From Eledone cirrhosa (taxonomy: Eukaryota): DNA of 64,000 bases. The DNA lies in NCBI GenBank assembly GCA_964016885.1, contig OZ024755.1, forward strand, positions 6,324,001-6,388,000. Direction: 5' to 3'. Position 1 is the first letter of the stretch. The number at the start of each line of letters is the position of its first letter. Under the pieces are notes generated by a model. That model did no database searches, was not told the DNA's origin, and was given only the letters and a program-made list of their open reading frames with translations. Position numbers and translations under genes: made by a program. This document shows, in pieces, positions 28,109-43,644 of the stretch.

Positions 28109-29277
28109 ATATTTCTACATCCTTGAATACTGTGGTTGAAAGAAAAACAAAATACACTCGATCATCATGATGTGATTTCTGTGAATAAGATACGAATTAC
28201 TTAAGTAGTGATATACATACCAATATATTACTGGTACTAATATATTAGATTGCAGAGTTATTAATATCAAATCCAACTCTGTGATAGGAGTTCGGAACAG
28301 ATGCTCTAAGGTATGTAGTCTTGCCTTCCAACCTTCAGGCTAATAATAATTTTATCGGTGGACACTTGAATAACAAAATGAACAATACCAAAATCAACAT
28401 CAAAATGTCAGAGATGGTGGATACCTGCACAGAAATAGAACACTATTTGATTATCGTTTTATTTGCCAAGTCCTTTGCAGTGTTAGGAATTGAATATTTT
28501 CATGTTTCCAATTGTCTGTAAACACCGTGTAAGTTTCGCCTATCTCAGATGGAACCACCTTTTACTAAAAATAATATTTATTGCCTCTTCTATAAACAAA
28601 CAGAGGAGTCTTTTCTATCTTAGGAATCTGATCTAACATGACAGAAGGAAACCCTTATATCAGTATCGTTTTTAAATAGCTTCTTAAAGAATAAGTCGAA
28701 TACAAGCAGTTTGGTTCTTCAAAACGAGGCTAACTTGTACCCGTCATCGTTATATTTGCTATTGTTGTTTAGCCTCGAGTTGGTTCTGAAACCTATGATC
28801 AAAATCATTCCAAACATGACAACCCCCATCTCCTTTTCGTGACATGGTATATGCTGGACTAAATTATACACTATGTTCTGTCTTTTTAATGAGAGTAACG
28901 TGTGATTTAAAGAAACTTTTGCAGCTATTTTCTGTAGATCAAGAGACCAGCTAAAGGTTACCACGGAGCTGAAATCACACAACAGAAACTAGACATATAA
29001 AGCATCTCATTCTTCATATTTACATATTTATGCCTGACTGGTTTGTAAATCTGGAGCTTAATCAAGTCAAAGATCAACTTAGTCACAACTCTAACACCTG
29101 ACTTATATTTCGCTTCGTCAAGTAAGTCAGAACCTCCATTTATAATATCGCATTTCCAGTCGAAGAATCACATATATTAGTTTATTTTTGTAGCAGAGTT
29201 TTCTAGTGTGACTAGCAAATAGTTTAACTTGCAACGTTCCATTGAGGCTAGTTATAAAGACTTATCATGGATGATAA

Positions 29278-29370
29278 CAATTGGTTTCTTATATAGGCAC
29301 AAGGCCAGCGATTTGGGGGGAGGGGAAAGTCAATTAAATCGACCCCAGTGCGTGACTGGTACTTTATTTT
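29278..29370 (-). mobile_element. SINE family A 3' fragment, long subfamily
   Basis: ggcacaaggccagc...ggggaggggaaagtc..ttaaatcgaccccagtg..actggtactttattt. Confidence 0.75.
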
Positions 29371-32085
29371 ATTTCAATCTACACTGTTTATTCAGGTAAA
29401 CACGAGTCTGTGTGTGTGCGTGCGTGCGTGCGTGTATCTGTGTGTAAGTTATGTATTGCAATCGACGTTGTAAAAATACTAATCTGATTTATGAAATCCA
29501 CTCCAGACTTGTAACTTCTAACCTGGCTTTCCTATGGAATGTTTAATGTAGTTTTAATGTGTTTTGATGTAGAGTGTATAATATATTGTCTGAATTAATT
29601 GTTGTATTCATCTGCTCTGTTGGTACTAAGGTTATGATATATTGGTAAATGGTTAGTTTAAGCTAATTAATTTGTGCTAAACGTGGAATTTATAGCTGTG
29701 TAATTGTATTTCCTGCGGTGGGTCTGGGCTGGTTTACTGCTTTACGTTTAACTTTATTTCGATGTTGGGTGGTATAACGAAAGCTATATATATTAGAAAG
29801 AGTTGAGGTCCGATGGCTGAGTTCTTGCCAATTCCACAGCTAATTTCAGACAAGTATTATACTAGCACTTTATTTATCGAGCTCAAAAGGATGAAAGAGA
29901 AAGTTTTCCTCGGTTGGATTTGAGGTCAGACATCAGAGAGCCGGAATGAATACCAAGAAGCATTCTATCCGAATTTCTAACGACCCCATGAGTTGCCCAC
30001 CATATTTTTAATATATACTAGTAAAAATTCTGATCCTAGTAGCTTAGCTTTCATATTGTAGATAATGTCAGAAATATTTAGTATTTAGCCTTGAATTTGT
30101 AAAACTAAAACAAAATAAAGACAGCTATGATATAAAGTATTGCTAGAATGACTAGTATTATATCATGCATACCACCTATAAAAAAAATTACCTACGAAAC
30201 ATTTCAAAGAAAATTTAAATTAAGACAAATATTTACAGACTAATAAAAGGAATACAGCAAAGAATGACGACAAAGTGATAAGAAACGTTGAGATTTTTAC
30301 GGTAGATAAAAGAGTATAAACATTGCAGAATGTTTCTGAATAACGAAATAATATTCTATCGGCAGCTGATCTATTTTAAATAACATGTAGAAACTAAAAT
30401 TCCTCAGAAGAATACAAAGAAAATTATACTAGCCAGGTATTTGGAGTACGATACTGGAATCTACATGGGAGGTAAACTCTTTTCAAAAGTTATAGATAAT
30501 ATTTCAAAATACAACAAAGTAAAATCGTTTATATATAACATAACATAAGATGGCTGTCACTTACAATTGGGTATGACAAGGTCATATCTACAATGGTTTT
30601 CTTTAAGGTATTTAGTTGCTTAGAGAGACGTAAGCAGACATAGACAACCTCTTGAACCTCCTTCTCTTGATCCATGAGAACATCCAGGTTGTTACAACTT
30701 CACAGAAAGAGGACTGCATCGACCGCGAAACAAAAACAAGGTCAATTGGATGTCGGTGGAATTTGCAGTCAACAGAGCAAATTACCTTAGCGACTCAGCC
30801 AAGGCCAACAATTTGGTGACGAGGTAAAATCGTTTACGCAACCCTAATACTTGATTGGTAGGTTATTTATTGAGATGGGAAGGATTAAAGATCAGAACGA
30901 AAAAGGCTAGGAGAAAAATCCATCTGAGCTTTTGTCACCCAATCCACTGCAATTTTACTAGTAATAACTTCTAGTCCATCAATTTGCTAGAAAGGGAAAG
31001 ACAATTATATCAACCCGAGTACTTAACAGGTACTTTATTATATCGACATCGAAAGGTTGAATGACAGTAAAATTATAGAAGCTACCTTGCAATCAATATA
31101 AAAAAAATTTGACATATCTATCAAATATATTATTTACTCCATTCAATTCAATGTTTGACACGGACGATAACTTATAATGGAATCTGGCATGTTATATATA
31201 TATATATATATATATATATACGCTGATTAGGTATACTGTTACATGCAAGCGCAGATAAAACTGTGTAGATTTAATCAGGAAAAAATGGCGCTATTTTAAT
31301 TTTCCCATTTCTTATAGCGCAAACATTTTTCATCATTAATAACATGATAATCTTCCTCTTTATTTACATATATATTTATAATATTTTATAACGTGATGTA
31401 GAGATTATATGATTCGTGATGAGATAGATCTAAAGTTTGAAGTAGACAAAAGAAGCTTTCTGCATGACTTCGACATATGGGAGACAATCAGATATATAAA
31501 AATCAAAACGTAATTTTCATCAGATTATTAAAGGAACATTTTATTATTAATATCACTATTGTTCAGTTTCATATAAGATAGACATGTAGTCACAGATGCT
31601 GCTGCTTGTAAATTTATGACTAGATGCAAACACACACGCGCACACAATATATATATATATGAATAAATACTTTTATATATGCATACATATACATGCTTTA
31701 AAATGTGCATCAAGCGCCAAAATATAACTTAAATACATGTTTTTATATGTACTGTACATGAGTTTTGCAGATTATGTTAATCGTGTGCTGTCATATATAT
31801 ATATATATATAATATGCACATAATGAATATAAAGAGGCTTTTTTCCAAAATTACTGTTATGTAAGGAGTGGCAGATACCCCTGAAATGCACATAACAGTG
31901 CATATTTCAATATACTGAAATATAATAATGTAGAACTGGCTGAATATTTATCAACATACTACTACTCTGATGTGAACTCGTTTCCTAAGTGATGCAATAA
32001 CCTAAATAGCGTGGACCGCTTAATCCGGCTTAAACATGTGTGTGTGTATGTATATATCTATAGGAGAGAGAGGGAAAGAGAGAGT

Positions 32086-32185
<100 letters not shown>

Positions 32186-32799
32186 GGTGGGTGAGGGGAG
32201 AGATGTAGGTAAAAACTCAGCGTGAGACCTCCACAGAGATAATGAAAGAGACAACATTTAGAATAGAGAAATGGATAACTATCAAAGAGCTTTATTTCCG
32301 CCAAGAAATCCTTAATATCCATCGTGTTTAAGATATATCTTCTATTACCAAAAGCTATATTATCGATAATTTTCTGTGTGTTTTATTTGAGACAGGAATA
32401 TATAATTGAAAATCTTTGGAAAAAAAGACTAATGACCAGTCAGTAGCGTATAATAAAGCAATCACATTGCTATTATATATTCAATAGCTTCTAGAAACGT
32501 CTTTCGACTATATCTATAAGCTTTTGATTATCTTGGTAAATTTTAGTTTTGCTTTGTGTGTGTTCTTTCTATTTTTTTTAGTTTTTTTTTTCTTCTTGCA
32601 AATGGAGAAATACGAAAATTGCTTTCTATTCTTCAATGGATAACTTTAATGTTTTATTGGTTCTGTTTCCTGACGAGTTTACATAGTGTAAGTAAAATAT
32701 ATGCCATTTCTACAATACATACCAACAAACATATATATATATATCTATTATATATACATTTATTATATAATATACATCATATATATATAATATATACAT

Positions 32800-32830
<31 letters not shown>

Positions 32831-33003
32831 TACATTTATTATATAATATACATTATATATATATATATAATATATATACATTTATTATATAATATACATT
32901 ATATATATATATAATATATATACATTTATTATATAATATACATTATATATATATATAATATATATACATTATATATATAATATATATACATTATATATTT
33001 ACA

Positions 33004-33192
33004 GGGCGGTGGATTGGCAGTATCAGTAGAGGGTCGGACGCCATGCTTTCCAGCATAGTTACGTCCCTTTACGATCTGAGTTAAAATCCCACCGAGGTTG
33101 ACTTTGCCTTTCATTCTTACGGGGTCGATAAAATAAAGTACCAGTAATACACTGGGTAATTGCTGCCCTTGTGCCAAAAGTAGAAACAATTA
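33004..33192 (+). mobile_element. SINE family A, full length
   Basis: Consensus-like copy. Confidence 0.9.
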
Positions 33193-35045
33193 TTTCAATA
33201 GCAATATTTTGAGAGTAAAACAAATCATACATAATGGAAAACGGTGGAAAAAAATGGGAGTAAAACTTCAGGGAGAATATGAAGTTATTTATTCATTTTC
33301 TTTACCGTATAAATAATTACTTATTACTTCTGGAACAAATACCAATTAATAATGCCAGAATCCCTTAGATTTTGTGTTTACGTTTGCGATATATTTATTC
33401 AGTGACACAGTGTAACAAACACTTTCCCACACTTCATCAATACAAAAAGAAAGGGAATTATTTACTATAATAATTAATCTCACTTCCCAAAAATACATAT
33501 TTAATACTATCATTTCAAGACCGCCCACATATTTATAAAAATAGGAAATTTGAGAAACATTAACTATTTTCTATTTGTTAGTTTTGCTTTTTAAGACCAA
33601 CCATAATGCATATAAACTACAAGATATAAAACCTGGTAGAGATGACAGAAAGGTATATAGAAATATTTCATTTAAACGTATTTAACGTGAAGTCATGCAA
33701 ATATAGGATGTCGGTATTTTTACATCCTTCTATCCCTCTTTCATCTGATCTCAAATTGAGTTCATTACAATTGAACTCATTACAATTGACAATAATTAGA
33801 TAATTACCACAAGTACTGGTAATGAGTATAAAAAAATACTCCTCCATATATGTGGCCAATATTTGCGTTGTCGTAGCAACCAAAACCCATGACAATACGT
33901 CGTGCATAATCCGAAACTACAAATCAGTTTCCACGCAAGACTTACCCTTTTTACCATCATCAAACCGTCTAAAAACGCCCTTGGTTCTATATTACAAAAT
34001 ATTCGCATTTATCTAAAAACCTTCCACCATAATTTTAATTAAAAACTTTGTTTTAAAGTTCCAAACTCGAGCTTCTTATTGAGAACATTATATTAGTAAA
34101 TCGCTAGAAATGATTCATTGTTTTCAAATTATTTTGAAAAGCTTCGGCAGCCTCTTTCCTTAAAGGTATTGTATGTTATTAAGGTCCTTTCCGAAATTAT
34201 GAACATTCACTGTAGTGCAGGTCTAGTAGTGTTGGCGAACCCCCAAATGAAATATAATAGAAAAGGAATAAATACACAAAAAACTAGAGGCACAGTTGTA
34301 CGCACCTACATGAATATAGTTATAGTGTGTGTAAGTGAGTGAGTGCATTTCCCTTGCTACATGTGTTTATGTGTATATTTTCATGTACGTTTGTATTGGC
34401 ATGTGTGCATATGCTGCAGTCATTATAAGCACTACCAGGTTTAAACTCACAGTTGGAATTTTGCTATCTGGAAACCTCATTATATATTTCACGCCGCTGT
34501 AGGCGTTAAATAGTTAATATTGAAACAATATGATGAAACCAGAAGAACAAAGAATAACCTCATATCTCGTCAATTCTACAAGTCAATTACGGTTTCCTGT
34601 ATTTCTGTTATAGAAGGAACTGTGCCTCGCCATCTCTTCATAAATTTCGGTGGCTGTCAGCTTAACGTTATACGACTTAATCCTCTCCTTTAAATATATT
34701 TGTTTTATTTCTAATAGAGACTCAGTTGAAAACCTCTTCTTCGTTCTAGCGACTTCGCCGCCGCCGCTAAGGCATTCTAGAGAATGTTCTAGACATTACC
34801 AATATGCCGTCTTAATTTCGGTATATTTCATTTAGCCACCTGAAAGCATATTAAGAGGACACGTGACTGAAATTCTCAGCCTATAGCACGTTAGATTCAT
34901 GAACCGAACTTTTCTCTTTGTCAAACAACTGGAATACTCCTCGTCAGAACCAACGGAGGTCCGAAAACAATTCTAGGTATAATGGAGGTCACGTTTTATG
35001 GAGCCGTAGGGACCTAAACGATTATTCGAGGGAGGTATAGATATA

Positions 35046-35076
<31 letters not shown>

Positions 35077-35129
35077 AGATTATGTGTGTGATGTGTGTGT
35101 GATGATGTGTGTGCTATATGTGAAATGAG

Positions 35130-35903
35130 GGAAAGAGAAAGAAAGAGAAAGAGAAAGAAAGAGAAAGATAAAGAGATAAAAAGAGATAAAAAGAGAAATA
35201 GAGAAAGAGTGAACGAGAGAAAGAGAAAGAGTGAACGAGAGAAAGAGTGAACGAGAGAAAGAGTGAACGAGAGAAAGAGTGAACGAGACAAAGAGAGAAC
35301 AAGAGAAAGAGAAAACGAGAGAGAGAGAGAGAACGAGAGAGAGAGAGAACTGGATTTCAGTCCTCGACATGTCTTTTTTATCGATTTCGAAAGGATGAGA
35401 GGCAGGATTTGAAAGGAGAGTGCAGAGAAATGGAAGATATAGCAGAGATTATTTTATTTGATGTTTGTTTTAACGACTTGGCTCATTCACCGCCTTTTTC
35501 TAGATCTACATCTGTGTAAATATCTATGTGATCTTAACGTAAGATATTTAGAGAGAGAGGTGGAGAGAGAGAGAGAGAGAGAAGTGAGAGAGAGAGAGAA
35601 AGAGGAGTGAGAAAGAGAGAGGAAGATAAAGAGGAGTGAGAAAGAGAGAGGGAGATAAAGAGGAGTGAGAAAGAGAGAGAGAGAGGGGGAGATAGAGACA
35701 GGGGGAGATAGATAGAGGGGGAGAGAGGTGGAGAGAGATGGAGAGTGATGGTGAGAAGAGATGGTGATGGGGAGAAGAGATGGAAGAGAGAGAGAGAGAG
35801 AGAGAGAGGAGAGTTGGAAAGATGGAGAGATAAAAGATAGAGAGCGAGAGAGACACCGAGAGAGAAAAAAAAGATAGATAGAGCGAGAGAGACAGCGAGA
35901 GAG

Positions 35904-35940
<37 letters not shown>

Positions 35941-36325
35941 GAGTGACAGCGAGAGAGAGAGAGAGAGAGTGAGAGAAACAGCGAGAGAGAGAATGAGAGA
36001 GACAGCGAGAGAGAGAGAGTGAGAGAGAGAGTGAGAGAAACAGCGAGTGAGAGCGAGAGAGAGAGAGAGAGCGAGCGAGAGAGCGAGAGAGCGAGAGAGA
36101 GAGAAAATAGAGAGAGAGAGTAAGAGAACGATAGAGATATAGTGAGAGAGGGCGAAGAGAGAACGAGAAAAAGTGAAGAGAAAGAATGAAGAGAGCGAGA
36201 GAGAGAGGGCGCGAGAGAGACAGAGCGAGAGATTCAGCAAGAGAGTGAGAGATAGAGATAAATAGAGAGCGAAAGAAACAGTGAGGGATAGCGAGAGAGA
36301 GAGAAAGGGTGATAGAGAGAAAGGA
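35130..36325. repeat. Two GA-rich polypurine tracts (35130-35350 and 35550-36325)
   Basis: Direct inspection. Confidence 0.9.
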
Positions 36326-36607
36326 AATCTAAGTAAACTGCGTTTTATCGATCACATTTCTTGTGAAAGGCGAATGTCTTTCAAGTAAGGTTGTAGAATG
36401 ATTATGGATTATTTGGTATGTTAAAGAAAATGGAGTTTATTGAGATGTTTTGTTGGTCAAATGTGTAGCAACAGCTTGATGGGGGAATAGTGTCGTTATG
36501 TTATTACTTCGTATCAGGAGTCTAATGTTTTTTACTCTCAATCATTTCATTATATCTATAGATACATATATAGGAAGCCCATGTTTGTTGTATGTATCAA
36601 AGAATAT

Positions 36608-36610
<3 letters not shown>

Positions 36611-36660
<50 letters not shown>

Positions 36661-37493
36661 TAAATACATATACATGCATATATATATATATATAAATACA
36701 TATACATGCATATATATATATATAAATACATATACATGCATATATATATATATAAATACAAATACATATATATATAAATACATATATATATATATAAATA
36801 CATATATATATATATATATAAATACATACATATATATATAAATACATATATATATATATAAATACATATATATATATATAAATACATATATATATATATA
36901 AATACATATATATATATATAAATACATATATATATATATAAATACATATATATATATATAAATATATATATAAATACATATATATATATATATAAATACA
37001 TATACATATATATATATAAATATATATATAAATACATATACATATATATATATATATATATAAATACATATACATATATATATATATATATATAAATACA
37101 TATACATATATATATATATATATATAAATACATATACATATATATATATATATATATAAATACATATACATATATATATATATATATATATAAATACATA
37201 TACATATATATATATATATATATAAATACATATACATATATATATATATATATATAAATACATATACATATATATATATATATATAAATACATATACATA
37301 TATATATATATATATATAAATACATATACATATATATATATATATAAATACATATACATATATATATATATATAAATACATATACATATATATATATATA
37401 AATACATATACATATATATATATATATATATATAAATACATATATATATATATATATAAATACATATATATATATATATATATATATAAATAC

Positions 37494-37524
<31 letters not shown>

Positions 37525-37861
37525 AATACATATACATATATATATATATATATATAAATACATATACATATATATATATATATATATATAAATACATATA
37601 CATATATATATATATAAATACATATACATATATATATATATAAATACATATACATATATATATATATAAATACATATACATATATATATATATAAATACA
37701 TATACATATATATATATATAAATACATATACATATATACATATATATATAAATACATATATATATAAATACATATACATATATATACATATACATATATA
37801 TATAAATACATATACATATATATATATAAATACATATATATATATATATATATATAAATAC

Positions 37862-37900
<39 letters not shown>

Positions 37901-37901
37901 C

Positions 37902-37932
<31 letters not shown>

Positions 37933-37937
37933 AATAC

Positions 37938-37974
<37 letters not shown>

Positions 37975-37975
37975 C

Positions 37976-38012
<37 letters not shown>

Positions 38013-38511
38013 CATATACATATATATATATATATATAAGTACATATACATATACATATATATATATATATATAAATACATATAAATATATATATATATA
38101 AATACATATACATATATAAATACATATATATATATATATAAATACATATACATATATAAATACATATACATACATATATATACATATAAATACATATACA
38201 TATATATAAATACATATACATGCATATATATATATATAAATACATATACATGCATATATATATATATAAATACATATACATATATATATATATATAAATA
38301 CATATACATGCATATATAAATACATATACATGCATATATATATATATAAATACATATATATATAAATACATATACATGCATATATATATATATATACATG
38401 CATATATATATATATATATACATGCATATATATATATATATATACATGCATATATATATATAAATACATATACATGCATATATATATATATAAACACATA
38501 CATATATGTGC

Positions 38512-38558
<47 letters not shown>

Positions 38559-38560
38559 TA
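36611..38560. repeat. ~2-kb TA-derived satellite (aaatacatatac(at)n)
   Basis: Direct inspection. It is the source of the 650-672 aa Y/I/C/M spurious ORFs. Confidence 0.95.
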
Positions 38561-38639
38561 TAGGTCATATAGATATGTGTGAGTGTTTGCGCATGCTATA
38601 GCATTAACACGCAATCTTAACGATACCGTTTTGGCAGAG

Positions 38640-38673
<34 letters not shown>

Positions 38674-38905
38674 TATGTGGAGATGGGAAGAGGGAGGATG
38701 TGAGTATGTGTGTGTATGTATGTATGTGAAACTATATGTCTTCCTCTCTTTATATATATATATATATAAATATATGCAAAAGTTCTATTTAAAATTGTTG
38801 GGATACAACAAGTAAATATTTTATAACTGATATAAAGCACTCGACAAGTTTTTGGAGTAGATATACGATATTAATAAATGGAAACTATATTTATAAAACC
38901 ATATT

Positions 38906-38970
38906 TATTTCATTATACATATTTCAGGGATACCAAATTAAAATATGGTATGCCTTCATCAGACAAAATA
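38906..38970 (-). ncRNA. Minimal type I hammerhead ribozyme (predicted)
   Basis: Minus strand reads tattttgt-CTGATGA-aggcatacca-tattttaatt-tggtatccct-GAAA-T-ATGT-ATA-atgaaata. Helix I is 8 bp with 2 G:U pairs, helix II is 9 of 10 paired, helix III is 2 bp within the self-complementary ATATGTAT, and the cleavage triplet is AUA (cut predicted between 38914 and 38913). Confidence 0.8.
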
Positions 38971-39070
38971 CAATATATAAACAGTTTTATAAATAATTTC
39001 AGACAGCTTCCAAAAATAATGGTTGCATTTAATAGGGTACGTCAAAATTATTATAAAACTTTATATATTG

Positions 39071-39127
39071 TATTTTGTCTGATGAAGGCATACCATATTT
39101 TAATTTGGTATCCCTGAAATATGTATG
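39071..39127 (+). ncRNA. Defective inverted copy of the 38906-38970 hammerhead
   Basis: CTGATGA, helix II and GAAATATGTAT are identical to the first copy, but the 3' strand of helix I (aatgaaataaatat) is deleted. Confidence 0.65.
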
Positions 39128-39161
39128 GTTTTATAAATATAGTTTCCATTTATTAATATCG

Positions 39162-39211
<50 letters not shown>

Positions 39212-39468
39212 ACTATATCTCCCTACATGTCTGTCCAATGGTGTCATGTCACTGATAAATTGTGAGTGAGTGAGTTTAACCCAGATAACGCCGTACTGGA
39301 GCATTTGTCTAACTATATGTTCGTTTTAGATATGGTTCTTGGTTAGAGAGCGGTTGAAGGAATATGAACAACAGAAATTAAATTAGAACAGTGTATATGT
39401 AGGAAAGCCTCCGAGAGAGAGATGAGAGGTTGTGATACGGTGGAGGAGGAGGTGGTGGTGGTGAATGA

Positions 39469-39517
<49 letters not shown>

Positions 39518-40172
39518 GTATATATACACATTGGCATGTTGATATATAGAAAAATAATGAGGAAAAAATATATATTATTATAGTAATTATATATGTTTTG
39601 AAATAAATAATACTAATGACTTCAAAGACAACCAGCCCCACCACCACAATAGCAAAAAAAAACAAAAAAAACGTAACTGTGATAATTCACGTTGGCATGA
39701 GGCCAAATATTTTTGGGAGCGAATGAGACAGCGTGTGACAGGGTGTATATTGTTATTCTGGTAAGATTTTACAATAATATAACAGGCTTGTAGTTATGCA
39801 TGATTCTGCATAATGAAGTTTGAGCAATTTTATGGCCTGACTTTGTACCATCCCTTTTCTGCGCACATACCATAATGTTGGTGTATTTTTTAGTCTATAA
39901 ATTCACGAGTTCTGGCCCTGTCTTTTTAAAGTATAATATTATTGTTACGATCAAACAATCACACCCTTGTTGCTGGTTGTTTCTTACTAGTTTTTTTTTC
40001 TCTCGTGTAGGTGCGGGGGATAAATAATTAGGGCATTTAGCCCACGATCATAAAGACATCCTTTAGATCTCCAGTGGTTTATTTTGTCCTTGGGCAAGTT
40101 TATTTCTCGTTGCTCCAGTCCACACAGTTGGTACAATCATGTTTTTTTTTCTGTAATAAAAAGAATCCGTCT

Positions 40173-40431
40173 TTTCAAACACTGTGCCGGAGTAAATCGT
40201 CTTGAGAACAACATTAAGGTTGCCAGTATTTTTGGAATACTCAGCCAATTACACATTAATTTCACGAACAGTGCACTTTCATATTTTCGGACGACGAATG
40301 CTCCATTTGATTCCATCAACAGAACAAATAGTCTGTTCATGAAATTAATGTGTAATTGGCTGAGTATTCCAAAGGCACTAGCAACCTTAATGTAGTTCTT
40401 AAGAAGATTTACCTCGACACAGTGTTTGAAA
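40173..40431. mobile_element. Fold-back/MITE-like element with ~100-bp TIRs
   Basis: tttcaaacactgtg..gagtaaatc...cattaaggttgc.agt..tttggaatactcagccaattacacattaatttca.gaacag is mirrored at 40333-40431. No TSD was identified. Confidence 0.75.
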
Positions 40432-40702
40432 CACAATAGTTAGCCCTTAATTCCTCATGGAGACGAGAGGTGCTGTCTGGTATTTGAACCTGACAGATCC
40501 CTTCCCTCACTAGGCTGAAATGCAGCCAATTTTCTCCAGAAAAAGAGAGAGAGAAAGAGAGAGAAAGAGAGAGATAGAGAGAGAAAGATAGATAGAGAGA
40601 TAGAGAGAGAGAGAGAGAAAGAGAGAGAGAGCAAGAGGATTTGCGAAAAAGTTATAAAGATTTGTCACTAGTATTGGATTGCAAATTTTCTGACAGCGAA
40701 AT

Positions 40703-40921
40703 AATGGTTTCTAATATAGGCACAAGGCCAGTAATTTTGGGGGAGGGGAAAGTCGATTAAATCGACTCCAGTGTATTACTGGTACTTTATTTTATCGACC
40801 TCGTGAAGATGAAAGGCAAAGTTAACCTCAGCGGGATTTGAACTCAGATCATAAATGGCCGTAACTCCGTGTTGCAAACTATGGCGACCGAGCCTCTACC
40901 GATACTGCCTATCCACCGCCC
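40703..40921 (-). mobile_element. SINE family A, full length, long subfamily
   Basis: Reverse complement of family A with the extra ggggaggggaaagtcgattaaatcgac segment. Confidence 0.88.
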
Positions 40922-42187
40922 TACTGGCAGGTAAAATCTACCTAGACAGTAGAATCTACCTAGACGGTAGAATCTACCTAGACGGAATTTGAACACAAAA
41001 TCTATTAAAACTAAAGAAATACCGAAGTATGTTTAGTCCAACGTCCCTAAAATCGGTGAAAGATATGTATAAAGAAATTATCACATGTTTAGTTCAGGTG
41101 AACGCCATTATTATCGTTTCTTTATAGTTTAAAAGGAGTATTAATAAAATAAAGGTTTCCTTTGGTTATTCATTATCTCTTCCGTTCCTATGAATTTACC
41201 AGTTCATTCTCTTAGAAACACAATTTAGTAATTAAATTAAAATAAAGGGAATTTGTTGTCGATAAATGCTGTGGTTTATAATTATATGATGTATTCGCAT
41301 AATGTACCGTGTGTAAAATGCCTACATCAACATTGTTACTTCGATGATTTAGTAGAATATAACCTTCAGTTTAAAGACATACTCAAATAATTAGATAAAG
41401 GTTTTTGATGTTTATCTAACGTATATGTTTTAGCAACCACTTTGCGAAAGTAACAAAAGAAGAAAAAAATATGAAAAGGAAACTGAAAGAGTTGTTAGCT
41501 GCGCACTAAATGCATTAAGATGTCAAAATAATGTTTTTATGCACTGGAATCAGCCAGTGGCAAGAGAATATGGCTTACGTTAGTAGTTGTATTGATCACA
41601 ACAGTAAAAGCAGAAGTAAGATGTTGAGTAGACTAGTCTGCTAACAAAGTGAATATCTATATTAGAAAAAATATATATAATAACAGGTGTTATAAATATC
41701 AGGTTCCATTTTATCTTACGACGGGTTAGAATTGAATTCTGTATTTTGAATGTATATAAATTGAAGAATGTGTGTATGATTCTCAGTTATCGTGACAAAT
41801 TCTATTTAGGGATATATGTAAGTGTTCTTTTGCAAAAGAAGAGGTAGTTTGATTTTATTGACATCCAACACATTTCATAGTGAGCTTCAACATTTTGGCT
41901 GAGATATTTTAACATACTGAATTCTGTAAAAAATATATAACTTATTTACACTTTCTTAAAATAAAACTCGTAAGATACTATTTCTACTAAATGTATATGA
42001 CTATTCAATCCATGTGATATTTGGAGCTTTGGAACTAACAAGCCTAAAATTGTAGCTGCATTTCTAAACTGCATTTCTAAACTTGTAAGTCTAAGCAATG
42101 GTTTGTATTTGATGTAAATGTATATACAGTAATGAAATTTCGTTAAATTCTGAAACTAGAAATCTGATGCAAGCAAACTATATTGTA

Positions 42188-42545
42188 CTTGAATTCTAAA
42201 ATCATTGAAACCTAAATTCACTGAATTATGAAACCATTGAATTCTATTGCTGCTGAATCCTAAATTCTTCAAATTCTAAAAAGAACTACGTCTAAAGTGT
42301 TTGAGTAATTCAAGACTAAAGTATGTGATTAGTACGCAATTGTACTTATAACGTCATTGAAGTCTAAAGTAGTTGGAATATATAAAAGTTGTATTGTATG
42401 GTTGTTGAATTCTAAAACCACTGGAGTGTGAAACTATTGAAGTTTAACGTGTGTAGTATATTGTGTAAAGGCATTGAAGTTTAAAGCTGAAAACTATGGC
42501 TGGTAGATTCAAAAGATTTTCTGCTATAAAACCTGTTGAAATATG
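42188..42545. repeat. Decayed ~16-bp minisatellite (tgaattctaaaatcat-like)
   Basis: Recurrent tgaattctaaa/tgaagtctaaa motifs at roughly 16-bp spacing. Confidence 0.55.
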
Positions 42546-43580
42546 TTGCAATTAAATTCCAGATTTCAGATTTCAGAACAAACATCAGTGTTTTCTTTCA
42601 ACACCAAAACGTGTGTGTGAATTAATCTTATCTTGACAACGATAGACACACAGAATTTTAACCGAAACTTAATACAAACAGTAGTAGATAACGAACATGG
42701 AATTTACCATCAAAGAAGATTAGTTCATATAGTTCTAGTTGTTCAATTAAGAACAACATAATACAAAACTTACATGAATAGGGCCAAAGAAAGAACCACT
42801 TTGTAGGTGTTTTATCTGCTATAAATAACCAGTAAATCTCCCTTTAATCGTAACCTGTCCTGTTCAATAAAAGGCTTCATTTGATATCTGGACTAATCTG
42901 TGTCAGTGTTAGGTGTACATGTTATTTTTTTACATTTAAGATGCATTTGAATTTTGATCTGTTCAAACAGAGATAAGATGTGTTTAAATACCAATAACCA
43001 CATCGTTATAAGTATGGTGAGTTGGGTATCTTTTCTGGAAGGACCCTTTTTCAAATTACTAATGGTATTTCAACATGTATTTCCTAGGAAGATGGCAACA
43101 CTAATGCACCCTCCATTTAATTAGGTAGGCTTTGTTCATCTCTTTCGCTGATAATTGTGACCCTATTCTCAGCCTTGAAAATCTGATTTTTTTTACATCT
43201 GAAATGAACCGAAAGCTGGCAAGATTATAAAAGAAATTTTGAAATGCCGTATGCATCATTCATAGAGACATCAAACAAGTAGAATGCATCATATAGCTCA
43301 GAATACTTTAGCTCATAAACTCCCTTCGGATATATTTAGAGTGTTAACTGCTTTTTAACACTTCTAGCTATGTATTCACCATGAATACATAGCTTCATAA
43401 ACCAACTTGATATTTTCTTTCCAATTTTCTCTTCACATCCACTGTGACTTTTCGTCTTCTATCCCAGACACTGCTAAAATTTTGCCAAAAATCATCAGCC
43501 ACCGAACTGTGTCATTCTATTTCCAAACTCATTTTTTGCAAACGTTTCTTCAAATAACAAACATATTTATGAACTGTTGG

Positions 43581-43643
<63 letters not shown>

Positions 43644-43644
43644 G

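Larger units (their letters stand above)
38805..39165. mobile_element. (TA)n-embedded hammerhead-bearing module family J with ~130-bp inverted repeat
   Basis: Arms at about 38862-38998 and 39044-39165. The left flank recurs at 52155-52255. Confidence 0.82.

Noticed and set aside
32662-32712. CTGACGA plus a 7-bp stem
   Set aside because: GAAA is replaced by AAAA and there is no helix I. It could be a relic but cannot be supported.
36556-38674. 650-672 aa ORFs
   Set aside because: Translations of a TA-derived satellite (almost only Y/I/C/M/V/F/L), open in all three frames.
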